Positions 52,505 through 64,000 of a DNA stretch of 64,000 nucleotides are shown here, piece after piece. This DNA is from Octopus vulgaris (Eukaryota), in contig OX597825.1 in assembly GCA_951406725.2 (NCBI GenBank), positions 9,052,001 to 9,116,000 of the forward strand, read 5' to 3'. How positions within the stretch are numbered: position 1 is the first letter of the stretch; each line of letters opens with the position of its first letter. A program made the position numbers and the translations under genes. The notes under the pieces are model-generated. The model saw only the letters and a list, made by a program, of their open reading frames with translations, was not told the origin of the DNA and searched no databases.

Positions 52505-53277
52505 ATTTAACTTATAACACTTTAGTAAATTTAGAACGAATGACTAGTAGATTTCCTAGGAAAAACTGTATTCTTCATCTGTTTGGTGCTATAAGATAGA
52601 AGCCGAACTGTTAAACATATCCGGTGGTTTGGGAGATATTCACTGTATTATATTCTGAGTTAGATTGAATTAGCAGTAAACTTATTCTTTCAGCTGGAGA
52701 AAAATAATTATAAATATGATTGCTATCGAAATGTGCAGTCAGTATATTTCAACGATTCCATCACTTATATCAATATCTTGTTCATTCGTTTGATTTGACG
52801 TGTGTAAGAAATTAAAACAATATATTCATTTGTAACAGTTGAAACTAATAACCTTTATTAAATCATCAATGTTCTCTCGCCGGAATGAATTTTGAAATGG
52901 ATCTTTCATTTCCTTTAATCGTATCTCATGACAGAAATGACGTCTAGATCTGATAGCACTCTCACACACACACACTCACTTATACATATGCACACAGACA
53001 CATTCACTTATACACATGCACATATGCGGAAGCAAGCAAGCGTACACACATGTACAGGGAAAGAAAGAGAGATTATATACACACTCAGATATGTCTGTGT
53101 GTCTGTGTGTCTGTGCTACTGGGTGATACATTTTTATTCATGTGCCTCCCTGGCTGAATAGGGGACATATTTTTAAAAAGTGTCCTATTTTTACCCCTTA
53201 AGACCGTGATACAATTAAGGTGTGTCTATTATAGGTAGAGTCCTTATTGTGGAAAACGTATCCGCTATTGTATCTAT

Positions 53278-53365
53278 TTGGGTTGTCCGGAAAGTTCGTG
53301 CCGATTTTTAAAGGAAAGAAAAAGGTCAATAAGTACTTGCCATTACATTTTTAATCAACCAAATA
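53278..53365 (+). mobile_element. Possible mariner terminal (TIR) fragment
   Basis: TTGGGTTGTCCGGAAAGTTCGTGCCGATTTTT resembles mariner TIRs and the start of the element at 866. Confidence 0.45.
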
Positions 53366-53804
53366 GGGGAGATATTCTGCATAAGAAAACCTGCTGCTTG
53401 TGAAGATTTACAAACTATTATTTCCATCAATAAAATTATTTACGTTCGCATTCATTCGTGTTATTTGAATTTTAGAATGAAGCGACTAATAACAACATTT
53501 TAGACATGACTTTTCCTTAACTGTAATATTCAATAACTGTAAAAGCCTTCTGTGAAAAGGAAATAAGATGCAAGCATGTGGTGCACGACACAATTGCTTT
53601 GACTGAGAGGAAAAGTATCAAATATAAATTGTAATTGGAATAGAGTTAAAATTTGGTCGGCGTTGATGTGAAGTTAACGATGAGTTGTTTATGCTGCCAT
53701 GGTTGTTCAGTTTTAAGTCAAATTGCTTTAGCAGATCTATGACCAACCACATTATAACTATGAATAACGCATCGACTGTATTTAGTACACCGGAGTGACT
53801 AATA

Positions 53805-54201
53805 TATTTCTTTACTATCCACAAGGGACCAAACACAGAGGAGACAAACCAGGACAGACAAACGAATTTAGTCGATTATATCGACCCCGGTACGCAATCG
53901 GTACTTAATTTATTGACCCCGAAAGGAGGAAAGGCAAAGTCAACCTCGGCGGAATTTGAACTCAGACCGTATCGGCAGACGAAATACCTATTTCTTTACT
54001 ATCCACAAGGAGCTAAAACAAGGACAGACAAACGGATTAAGTCGATTATACCAGTGCGTAACTGGTACATATTTAATCGACCCCGAAAGGATGAAAAGTA
54101 AAGTCGACCTCGGCGGAATTTGAACTCGGAACGTAGCGGCAGACGAACTACTGCTAAGCATTTCGTCAGCCGTGCTAACGTTTCTGCCAGCTCATCGCCT
54201 T
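53805..54201 (-). mobile_element. SINE family B with duplicated body
   Basis: Two bodies joined at GAAATACC|TATTTCTTTACT. Confidence 0.9.
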
Positions 54202-56844
54202 AACCGGATTAACTAATAGAATAATCTCTCGTACGAGACTGTAAGTTATGATCTAAGCGTGATTCTCCTAATACTTCTAGGCCACGAAGTGTCCTATTTT
54301 TATCCCTTAAGACCGTGATACAATTAAGGTGTGTATATTATAGGTAGATTCCTTACTTTGGAAAACGTTTCCGCTATTGTATCTACTATTATTTAAGAAT
54401 ACGAAAGAATGATATGAGTGTTAGTATTAGAATAGTTAAACGGCACAACAGTACTGTTCTATTAACTTGGTGCCATTTGGTAGTTACTATTGCGTTTTTC
54501 GCTTTGCTTTCATAAATTGCTACCTGTGCTACTAATTTACTTTCAATTTTTTTCCACTCCGCATCAATGAGTTTTTGTTTCGAACATCCAAAAGACTTTG
54601 AGAAATTAATCCGGATTAGCGTTTGAAGAATAATCCTCTCTCTTCTGTACTTCACTGCTTGATTGTATGAATGTATTGTGTATATGCACGTATGCACTGA
54701 TAAGATTACTGACAGACACACACACACGCTCATATCACACTTGCATTGAGGTGCATAATCCAGATGTTTTCCTCATAAACTTCTTTTTCGGATGGTGGCT
54801 ATCTGAGAGTCAAAAAGGTAGGGAGTTCTTCCAGGACACCAGAGCACTGATAATCCGAAAACCCACAAAACATCCGTGAAATACAGATATAAGTAAAAGT
54901 TGCCAAGTTGCATTTGTTACTTCGTTTACAGTTATTTTATCGATTTCAATTAAGCCATTTTTGCCTCATTGTGTTGCCTTCATATGAACTAGTTGTTTAT
55001 CTCCATGCGCTGTCGAATCGTTCCACGATAGTCAATACCGAAACCAACACTTCTGAAGGCCACAAAAAGCAATACGCTGACCGATTCTTCAATCTCGCCA
55101 AAAAGCCTATGTACCCCTTCAAAGTCATCGTAAATAGGTGTGATTATAATTAAGCAACGGTTAGGAAGAAAGGTAATAAAATAGATCATCAGTACGATAG
55201 GAGATTATTACGTTCTCCTGATTCCCCTTCATCTGTTTTTGGACTGCGTTGCATTTGGTTATTCCTACTCCAGCCACCCGCTAAAAAAATACTCATTCAT
55301 TTTGTGTGTACACCATGTAATTTATTAGTTTTGAAGAGAAGAACCTTACATTTGAATTTGATGCTATTTCGAGGGTTATTGGGCACTAAAAGCTTATAAT
55401 CGTCTCTGGTTGCTCATCTTTTATTTATTGCTTTGTTATACTTGGTGTTGCTTTTCAAGGTATTATGGCGAATCAAAATCACTGCTGTGGCATCTTAAAA
55501 GAATAGAAAAATGTTATAACCACGTTAAGATATATCATGGAGTACAAGGATGAATTGTAATGTAGGTCAATCCAAATAATCGAAAAAACAATGATAAACG
55601 TTAATATCAAGAAAATTTGAACACCAAGAAATGAGATGAAAAATGTTGTTTTAACTTCATAGCCACAAGTCAGTTCGACTTAAAGGAGGAGAAATCTTTG
55701 CTAGATGTTTAAAAGAATTCTCCAAAATATTGCAAAGCTATCCAATTACATTTGTTTCAATAAATCCTTGTCTTTTGAACTCAAGAATTTCGCTGCCTCG
55801 TTATTGGATGAACCAATATGTAATATCCTTTTTGGTTAAGTAACGCGAATCAATTATGAAATACAACACAGCAGATGTAACTATGGTAATATAGTTTTGT
55901 TGCGAAGACTATCCGCCGTAATTCTCGACCAAACCTCAATATGGCACGACAAGCTAAATTTCATCACATCTTATTGATTTCGGCAGGCTTCATAGAAGTA
56001 TGCAATTTATTGAGAAATTTCTTCTTAAGAATTGATTTGATTGCGCGTACTTGTTGTAAGATTGGAAAACGTATAATACGCCCATACATTATGAATGCAG
56101 TGACACAGAAGTAATATCACATATGAGTTGATGTTGTGTAAGCGATATTTCCCTACAACATTAAGATATTCAATTTCCGACAAATGCACTTTATTTATTT
56201 TTGTTTCTCATCTAAGGAATTATAGATTGTTTCATATGTTTCTTTAAAAGTAAAACTAATGATTGAATAAACGCTGATATTTTCGAAGTTCCGAATGTAT
56301 ATATACTGTTTAGTATTATCATTGGATCTGGCAAGCATTTCTCATATCTTTTACTGAAATAATATGAACGAACTGGTAGAATATCGGCAATCGAGTTAAG
56401 CTTCCATAGTGCACCGTGTTTACATGGTAAAGGTGCGTGTCCCTCATATCCCGTCTTCTATAAACTAGAAATAGGTCAATTGAGGTGGTTCTGGTCAATA
56501 CTGGCAGCTGATATGAGATGCTAGAAGCGTGTGTGATGTGCTGCTGTATTTAAGTATATATTAGACCATCCAACAATCACAATTCCTAAATGCTATGTTT
56601 AAAGGTAACGAACAGATCGAGGGCATGTTGGAGTGGCGATAGGCCGGTCATGAGAGAGCTGAGACTATAGACTATTTATGATGTGGTAGACTCATGTGCT
56701 CCGAGAAGATGCTAAGTTATTACGATTATCATAAATCTTTTTTAATACTGGTTTAAATTTTTGACACATGGCTAACAATTTCCGAGTGTAGGGGTATGTT
56801 GATTACATCGACAATTCAGCTCCACTGCTACATATTATATATAT

Positions 56845-57144
56845 CACCGGGATCAACGTGACCGACCAGGTTATCAGATGTTGCAACACATTGCTAGTCA
56901 CAATGCGCTTCGCATTGTTATAGCCTTCAAATGACGCCACCCCGCTGGCTAAGTGAGCAGGCCAACAGAAGAAAGAGTGAAAGAAAGTTGTGGCGAAAGA
57001 GTACAGCAGGGATCGCCACCACCCCCTGCCTGAGCTTCGTGGAGATTTTAGGTGTTTTCGCTCAATAAACACTCACAACGCCCGGTCTGGTAATCGAAAC
57101 TGCGAGTCCACTACCCTAACCACTGGGTCATTGCGCCTCCACAT

Positions 57145-57214
<70 letters not shown>

Positions 57215-57505
57215 TCACCGTGACCGACCAGGTTATCACGTCGTTACACCTCGCTGGTCACAATGCGCTTCGCATTGTTTTAGCCTTCAAATGACGCCAC
57301 CCCGCTGGCTAAGCGAGCAGGCCAACAGAAGAAAGAGTGAGAGAAAGCTGTGGCGAAAAGTACATCAGGGATCACCACCACCCCCTGTCTGAGCCTCGTG
57401 GAGCCTTTAGTTGTTTTCGCTCAATAAACACTCACAACACCCGGTCTGGTAATCGAAACCGCGAGTCCGCTGCCCTAACCACTGGGTCACTGCGCCTCCA
57501 CATTA

Positions 57506-57536
<31 letters not shown>

Positions 57537-57815
57537 TTTTTTTTCGTGACCGACCAGACCATCAGATGTTGTTACACATCGCTGGTCACAATGCGTTCGC
57601 ATTATTTTAGCCTTCGAATGACGCCACCCCGCTGGCTAAGCGAGCAGGCCAACAGAAGAAAGAGTGGTGAAAGAGTACAGCATGGATCACCACCCCCTGC
57701 CGGAGCCTCGTGGAGCTTTTAGGTGTTTTCGCTCAATAAACACACACAACGCCCGGTCTGGGAATCGAAACCGCGATCCTCCGACCGCGAGTCCGCTGCC
57801 CTAACCACTAGGCCA
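56845..57815 (-). mobile_element. Three head-to-tail SINE family A (tail type 2) copies separated by (TA)n
   Basis: Copies at ~56845-57140, 57214-57499 and 57545-57815, each the reverse complement of 28941-29221. Confidence 0.92.
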
Positions 57816-58629
57816 TATATGCATATTTTAGATTACTACAGATACAATGAAGAGAAAATAAAGAATGCGACAATGAATAGGGTATCTGTAAATATATAAA
57901 GAAAAAATAGTAAACTGAACTAATAACGACATTCTTATTCGTAAATACATATAAATATAAACAGATGTATAAATAAAAATACAAGTAACTTATTTAATTT
58001 AAACCTTATAAAATTTCCTTCTTCCCTCTCAATTGGTAGGGTCCCTTCCATGGGTTTCTGGTACTTTCTTCATCCTGTCTACGATAAATGGACCAAGTAT
58101 GATTCCACAAATATATTTGTCTCTTGTAATCGACCGTTGAGAGTAAACCTAGGTAACAAGCATATTTAGTAAACGCATTAGAAATAACAGTATTTGGCTC
58201 TCTGATAATTCTATATGTGCGCATGTTCGTGTGAGTGTGTGTATTTGAATGTGTGTGTTCGCTTCATATCTCAGAAAATGGTTAAAGTTAACCGTTATTT
58301 AATTGTTAATAACATGTAATTGCTAAATATATGGCATGCATGAATATCTTATAAAGAAGCTTGAATATTTTATGACAACGTGTTAAATCCTCAATTTTGA
58401 ATTGATGCTAAGACTTAGACATTTTTTTCTAATTTCGTTTCATGATAAAACTATTTAAATAGTGTTTTAAAAAATAAACGTCTCTAATGCTATTCACAGA
58501 GAAATAATATACGCAGAAAAAAGCTGTAAGAGTTATTGTTAGCTTTAAATACCGACGTCTGAAATACTTATAACGTGAGGGAAAATCATGATTAACTGAA
58601 TGAATAAAAATCTTTTCTACTGACGACAC

Positions 58630-59155
58630 ACGGCTTGCTAGTTGGTGGGAGAGGATAGTGGATTTCACCAGCCTCAGTGTTTTACTGGTACCTAATTTAT
58701 CGTCCCTGGAAGGATGAAGGACAACGCCGACCTCGGCGGAATGTGAACTCAGAACATGAAGACAGACGAACTGCTGCTTAGCATTTTGCCCATCGTCCAA
58801 GCATTTCTGCAAGCACTCCAACTCAACATAATGAGTAATAATATCGTGATAATTTCAGCTTGTTGAGGAGACAACACCGAGTATATTTCCTTTTCCGCAG
58901 ACATTCCGAGAGAAACTACCATGTTGAAATTTTGACGTACGATTTTGGTTTCAAATTTTGGCATAAGGCCATAAGTTTTGGAGGAGGGGCCCATTCGATT
59001 GCATCGACAAAAGTACTCGACTGATTTTTATTGTATCGACGTCGAAAGGATAAAAGGCATAGTCGACCTCGGCGGAATTTGAACGCAGATCGGAAAGACA
59101 GAATACCGCTGAGCACTTTTTCCCCGGTGAGCTAACGGTTCTGCCACTTCGTTGT
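58630..59155 (-). mobile_element. Two old SINE B/B' copies (58630-58820, 58945-59155)
   Basis: Degenerate GAAGGAT(G/A)AAGG...CGACCTCGGCGGAAT cores. Confidence 0.75.
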
Positions 59156-59570
59156 CGTAAGTAAGCATATAATATTATGCGTTGAAGAGGCATAAAACAT
59201 TTTCACATTCACATTAGAAAAAATTAAGCAGTAGTTAAATCATTGATAGCCTACTTAATGTAGTGATATATTATAACGTATCAGCAAAAGGATGTGATTC
59301 AGTGGATATTAAAGTAACGTAGAATCGCATCGGTGAGTTTTTCAAAACAATTATCGAAACCAAAAAGGATTCGATATTTGAAATGTTATCAACTCGGGCT
59401 TAATAGCAACTACAAAATAAAACAGATGGTTTGGCGCAAGAAAGAATTCAAAATAAAATTTTACATGTTTTTGAAGTGTGGCAAAATATATATAGTACAT
59501 ATTTAATTTTGATGTGTAACACAACCATAAGAATATGTGTCACACAACCATAAGAACATGTGTCATGAAC

Positions 59571-59793
59571 GGCGGCGAGCTGGCAGAAACGTGAGCCAGT
59601 CGGGCGAAACTCTTTGCAGTATTTCATCTGTCGCTACGTTCTGAGTTCAAATTCCGCCGAGGACCACTTTGCCTTTCATCCTTTCGGGGTCGTTTAAATA
59701 AGTACCAGTTACGCACTTAATCGACTTAATACGTTTGCATGTCCTTGTTTGTCCCTCCCCCTATGTGTAGCCCCTTGTGGGCAGTAAAAGAAA
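59571..59793 (+). mobile_element. SINE family B monomer with 20-bp TSD
   Basis: TAAGAACATGTGT(C/A)ATGAAC at 59551-59570 and 59794-59813. Confidence 0.93.
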
Positions 59794-61320
59794 TAAGAAC
59801 ATGTGTAATGAACACGACTCGGTATATTCATAGGCAATGGTAATCATCGTTTCAAGACTAAATCCTGTTTTTAGGGTCTGTTTGTATTATTTTTTACAGA
59901 CTAAACTCTGTTCACTAAAAACAGCGGTTTTGCACGAGGATTGAAACTGTCACATAAGGAGTGAAGAAAACTACAGAGGAAACACAGTGGACTGAAATGA
60001 TTAATGTCTGGAGGGACAAAGTATCTTGAAAGTAAATTCAGTTATTTTGAAGATAAGAGCTACTAATAGTGTATCTCTAATCCATGGTAAATATGATAGA
60101 TGGCGTTAAACACAAACCGTTAAAGTATAACATAAAAATACGAAGAGTAGTATCAACTATAAACATCCTTAGCGGCATTGTATAAAGCGTAAAGGGTATA
60201 TTTTTCTGTAAAGGAACCTTCAAGTGATAGCAATCATATACAATGTCTATAAAACAGACTCTTAGAAGATGTTAAAAATAACATCAAAGTGTTTAATCTA
60301 ACCCGGAGATCTCTTCTGTAGCGAGTGTCCAGCAGTCAATAATTCCACAAGAAAATATCTTTAAATTAAAAAGAGAAATCAATAAGTGTACTTCAGTAGT
60401 TTGTGATAACGGATAAAACAATAAACTATTTATATGTGAGTTTATGTGTGAGTGTGTATGAATATACTTGAGTGTGTGTGTTTGTGTGTGCATGTATCTA
60501 TATATATATACATATATGAATGTATGTATAGTTGTACGTATATGTGTGTACACTTGTTATATGCGTCTGTGTGACTTTATATTGACGTCATAGTATCTGT
60601 CACCCATTATTAAAATATTCCGTTTTGGGGATGTTTTATCTTTGCACATAATGTTACGATGTCTATGTATGCTGTATGCTAGTCGTTAGTTTGCTTTCTT
60701 TCAATGTAACTTGATGGAACAGATCTACGACCAAAATCGTTGCGACGTGACGATCCTCTCGTGTATCCACATTTTCCGATATGTCCAATCTTTATAGTTG
60801 CTATTATCACCTATTATCGAAAGAACATGCTGGCCACCCCAATGGTATTTTCGCCAGGCTTGTAATTCGTGGAATTTATTACTATATCTCGCTGGCATAT
60901 TAGTCAAGTATTCCTATTTTTAAGTTGCCACTTAATAAAAACATGCGGGGATGTTTTTAAGATTTGAGCACTATCATTTCTATATAAACCAGACACTATG
61001 AGAATTCAATCTATATAAGAACAATAACGGATAATGAATAAACACAGAAGGGATAAAGGAGACATTTTGAATATCTGAACTATATACCTAATTCGATTTG
61101 AAACAGATTAAACAATGATAGTGGTCCCCATTGAAGATCATTGAAGTGCTTAAAACAATGAAATGTCAATTAAATAGAGACAAAATTAGAGAGGAATTTA
61201 GGAACGGAGAAAATGGAGTACAGATATCACTGTGTCTTTATGCTCAAGTCAATAATTTATGTAACTTTGCAAAAGTTGATAAGGTTATCTCTTTTGACAT
61301 TCGGAAGAATTTATAATTGT

Positions 61321-61703
61321 GGAGGCGCAATGGCCCAGTGGTTAGGGCAGCGGACTCGCGGTCATAGGATCGCGGTTTCGATTCCCAGACCGGGCGTTGT
61401 GAGTGTTTATTGAGCGAAAACACCTAAAGCTCCACGAGGCTCCGGCAGGGGGTTGTGGTGATCCCTGCTGTACTCTTTCACCACAACTTTCTCTCATTCT
61501 TACTTCCTGTTTCTGTTGTACCTGTATTTCAAAGTGCTGGCCTTGTCACTCTCTGTGTCACGCTGAATATCCCCGAGAACTACGTTAAGAGTGCACGTGT
61601 CTGTGGAGTGCTCAGCCACTTACACGTTAATTTCACGAGCAGGCTGTTCCGTTGATTCGGATCAACCGGAACCCTCATCGTCGTAACCGACGGAGTGCTT
61701 CCA
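61321..61703 (+). mobile_element. SINE family A, tail type 1, full length
   Basis: tRNA-like head with A and B boxes; TSD-like AGAATTTATAA on both sides. Confidence 0.93.
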
Positions 61704-62106
61704 CAGAATTTATAACCAGTACTAATTTTTGTCACTACTTTTCGTATCCGACACATCAGATATAAACAAACCACACCGAAGACAAAAAAAGGCAAGTTAC
61801 CTATGTAACACTTTAATCATCCACGAACACATTGCGTTAATAGCCACTAAATAAAGCGGTGTAACTTTATTGGATACACCAATTTTACATATTGAACGTT
61901 CCTGAAAGCTGATACGAAAATGTTAATTAGTTTTAGCCACACGGTATTTCGTTATGCAGCCACAATACATTATAAATTATATTAAACGACTTCATAAGTT
62001 AATACCGTGTTCTACTGTGTTAGCACATATTACATTTACAGATAAATTCTTGTATTTACATAATAACGAAGTCTCTTTCTTTCTTTTGCTGTCTTACCAT
62101 TTTTAG

Positions 62107-62144
<38 letters not shown>

Positions 62145-62885
62145 TTGAGCGCACTCGTGTTTATTAATATATATATTTCGTTACAGCAAAATGTATATTA
62201 GAAACTTAGTGGTTATATGAATTTACAGGTTAACATATACTGAATTTCAGATTATAGGTCATGTCTGGCACAATATATAGGTCATGAAACAAAACGTGTA
62301 AAGAATTTACCCTGTTATATTATTACAGCTTCATTTGATGAGATATTCAATATGATATTAGTCTAGTAGTACACAACAAGTTTGCATTCGTCTAATAAAA
62401 TGAGGCAATATCTATATTCAAATTTTATGCTTTATTTTCATATGAAATTCAAAGCGGTTTCATTTGAGTATACAAGCAACTTTGAGAGGCAATATCAGTT
62501 TACCTAATGCATCATTCTACTTCGAGAGTCCTATGTAATTAATGTGTAATTTCAGTTTTATTCAAGCTCAATCCCTTTATAATTGTCTGTGTGAAAAAGG
62601 GGAGAAAACATTAAAGTTTAAGAACTTGACATGGTAAAGAACGATTGCTTTCACCTTGTAGCAGTAACTGTGAAAGTATTTTAAAATATTCTCTTCTTTA
62701 AAAATTTATACTAATATAAAATGCATTTATTTAGAATGCACATTTTGTAATAAAATATTACAAGTTTGAATTGAAATTATGTAAATAACCATTAGGTAAA
62801 AGGAGAGTAAATACAGAAATACCACAAAGAAAGTGAATTCTGTGTAACATTTAGCGTTTAAATATTTAACATTTAAACAAACGTA

Positions 62886-62929
62886 ATATATATATACATA
62901 CATAAATATATATATATATATTTTATATG

Positions 62930-62990
<61 letters not shown>

Positions 62991-63048
62991 ATATTTATAT
63001 GTATAACGTATATATATACACATAAATAAATATATATTTATATATACG

Positions 63049-63082
<34 letters not shown>

Positions 63083-63212
63083 TATACATATGTATGAATA
63101 TAAACACACACATATATATATATATACACACACACACATATATATATATATATACATATACACACATATATATATACATACACACACACATACACACACA
63201 CATATATATATA
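62886..63212. repeat. Degenerate (TA)/(CA) microsatellite block
   Basis: Directly visible. Confidence 0.9.
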
Positions 63213-63552
63213 TCGTTTTAAAGAAATCTTCCCTTAAGATCTTTACCACATTTATTGTCGAAGAATGAAAAAATATTTCAAATGATAACTTATAAGATTA
63301 GGATCTTATCCAGTTTTTTTTCTATTTTTCCTGGTTTTGCTGTTTATTAACTGCTTTTAAGCAAGGGTAAGTCTGATATATGTTGATCTTTTTTTCTATT
63401 TCTGTGAATTGTTTTATGCAAATTTACTTTCGATCTTTTGTTCCCATTAAAGAGATAACTATAAATATGTATATGCATGTGTATGCAAGACTATGTCTAA
63501 ACGGACACACACACACACACACAATGATATCCCCTTTCTAATTTTTTTTACT

Positions 63553-63576
63553 TATATAGATACATGATATATATAC

Positions 63577-63632
<56 letters not shown>

Positions 63633-63669
63633 TGTGTGTGTGTGTGTCTTATGTATATATGTATATATA

Positions 63670-63709
<40 letters not shown>

Positions 63710-63724
63710 TACATATATACATAC

Positions 63725-63765
<41 letters not shown>
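63553..63765. repeat. Degenerate (TA)/(TG) microsatellite block
   Basis: Directly visible. Confidence 0.9.
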
Positions 63766-63766
<1 letters not shown>

Positions 63767-64000
63767 GTGTAACTGTCTTGCTGTCTGTATTTCTGTCAAA
63801 ATGCCTTAGATTTCTGCCGAAAATTTTATCTGGAAGTAGGAAATTGCATTATCTCACAATTTTTTTTATTAAATGATCTGTTATGCTGGGATGTTGCATG
63901 TATTCTTCTAAAGAATTTTCAGCAAAATGTTCCGGGATCACTTTAGGGATCCTCTGAACATTTGGAACACTGCTCACAGAATTCACCTGTTTTGTGAATT

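Larger units (their letters stand above)
53178..54385 (+). repeat. ~99-bp direct repeats (53178-53276 / 54287-54385)
   Basis: AAGTGTCCTATTTTT...CCTTAAGACCGTGATACAATTAAGGTGTGT...GGAAAACGT.TCCGCTATTGTATCTA occurs twice. Confidence 0.9.

Overview
This is an AT-rich, microsatellite-dense eukaryotic non-coding window (intergenic or intronic). The SINE and simple-repeat content suggests an octopus or other coleoid cephalopod genome, which is inference from recalled repeat families rather than a database search. I recognise no intact host gene; most predicted ORFs are translations of (TA)n/(CA)n/(GATA)n tracts or SINE bodies. The window holds several tRNA-derived SINE families, many copies with target-site duplications. 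It also holds decayed DNA transposons (mariner x2, Tc1, hAT, Helitron x2) and retroelement remnants (Tx1/L1-like, R4/Dong-like, RTE-like, CR1/L2-like, Gypsy integrase). The most interesting signal is six type I hammerhead-ribozyme-like motifs from about four unrelated repeat families. One is essentially intact (11324-11371) and sits in an element whose interleaved inverted repeats reconstruct a circularly permuted ~481-nt unit, as expected of a retrozyme or Penelope-like retroelement copied from a circular or tandem RNA. Also notable are two SINE/LINE shared-3'-tail pairs readable in this window and several long, sometimes nested, foldback structures.
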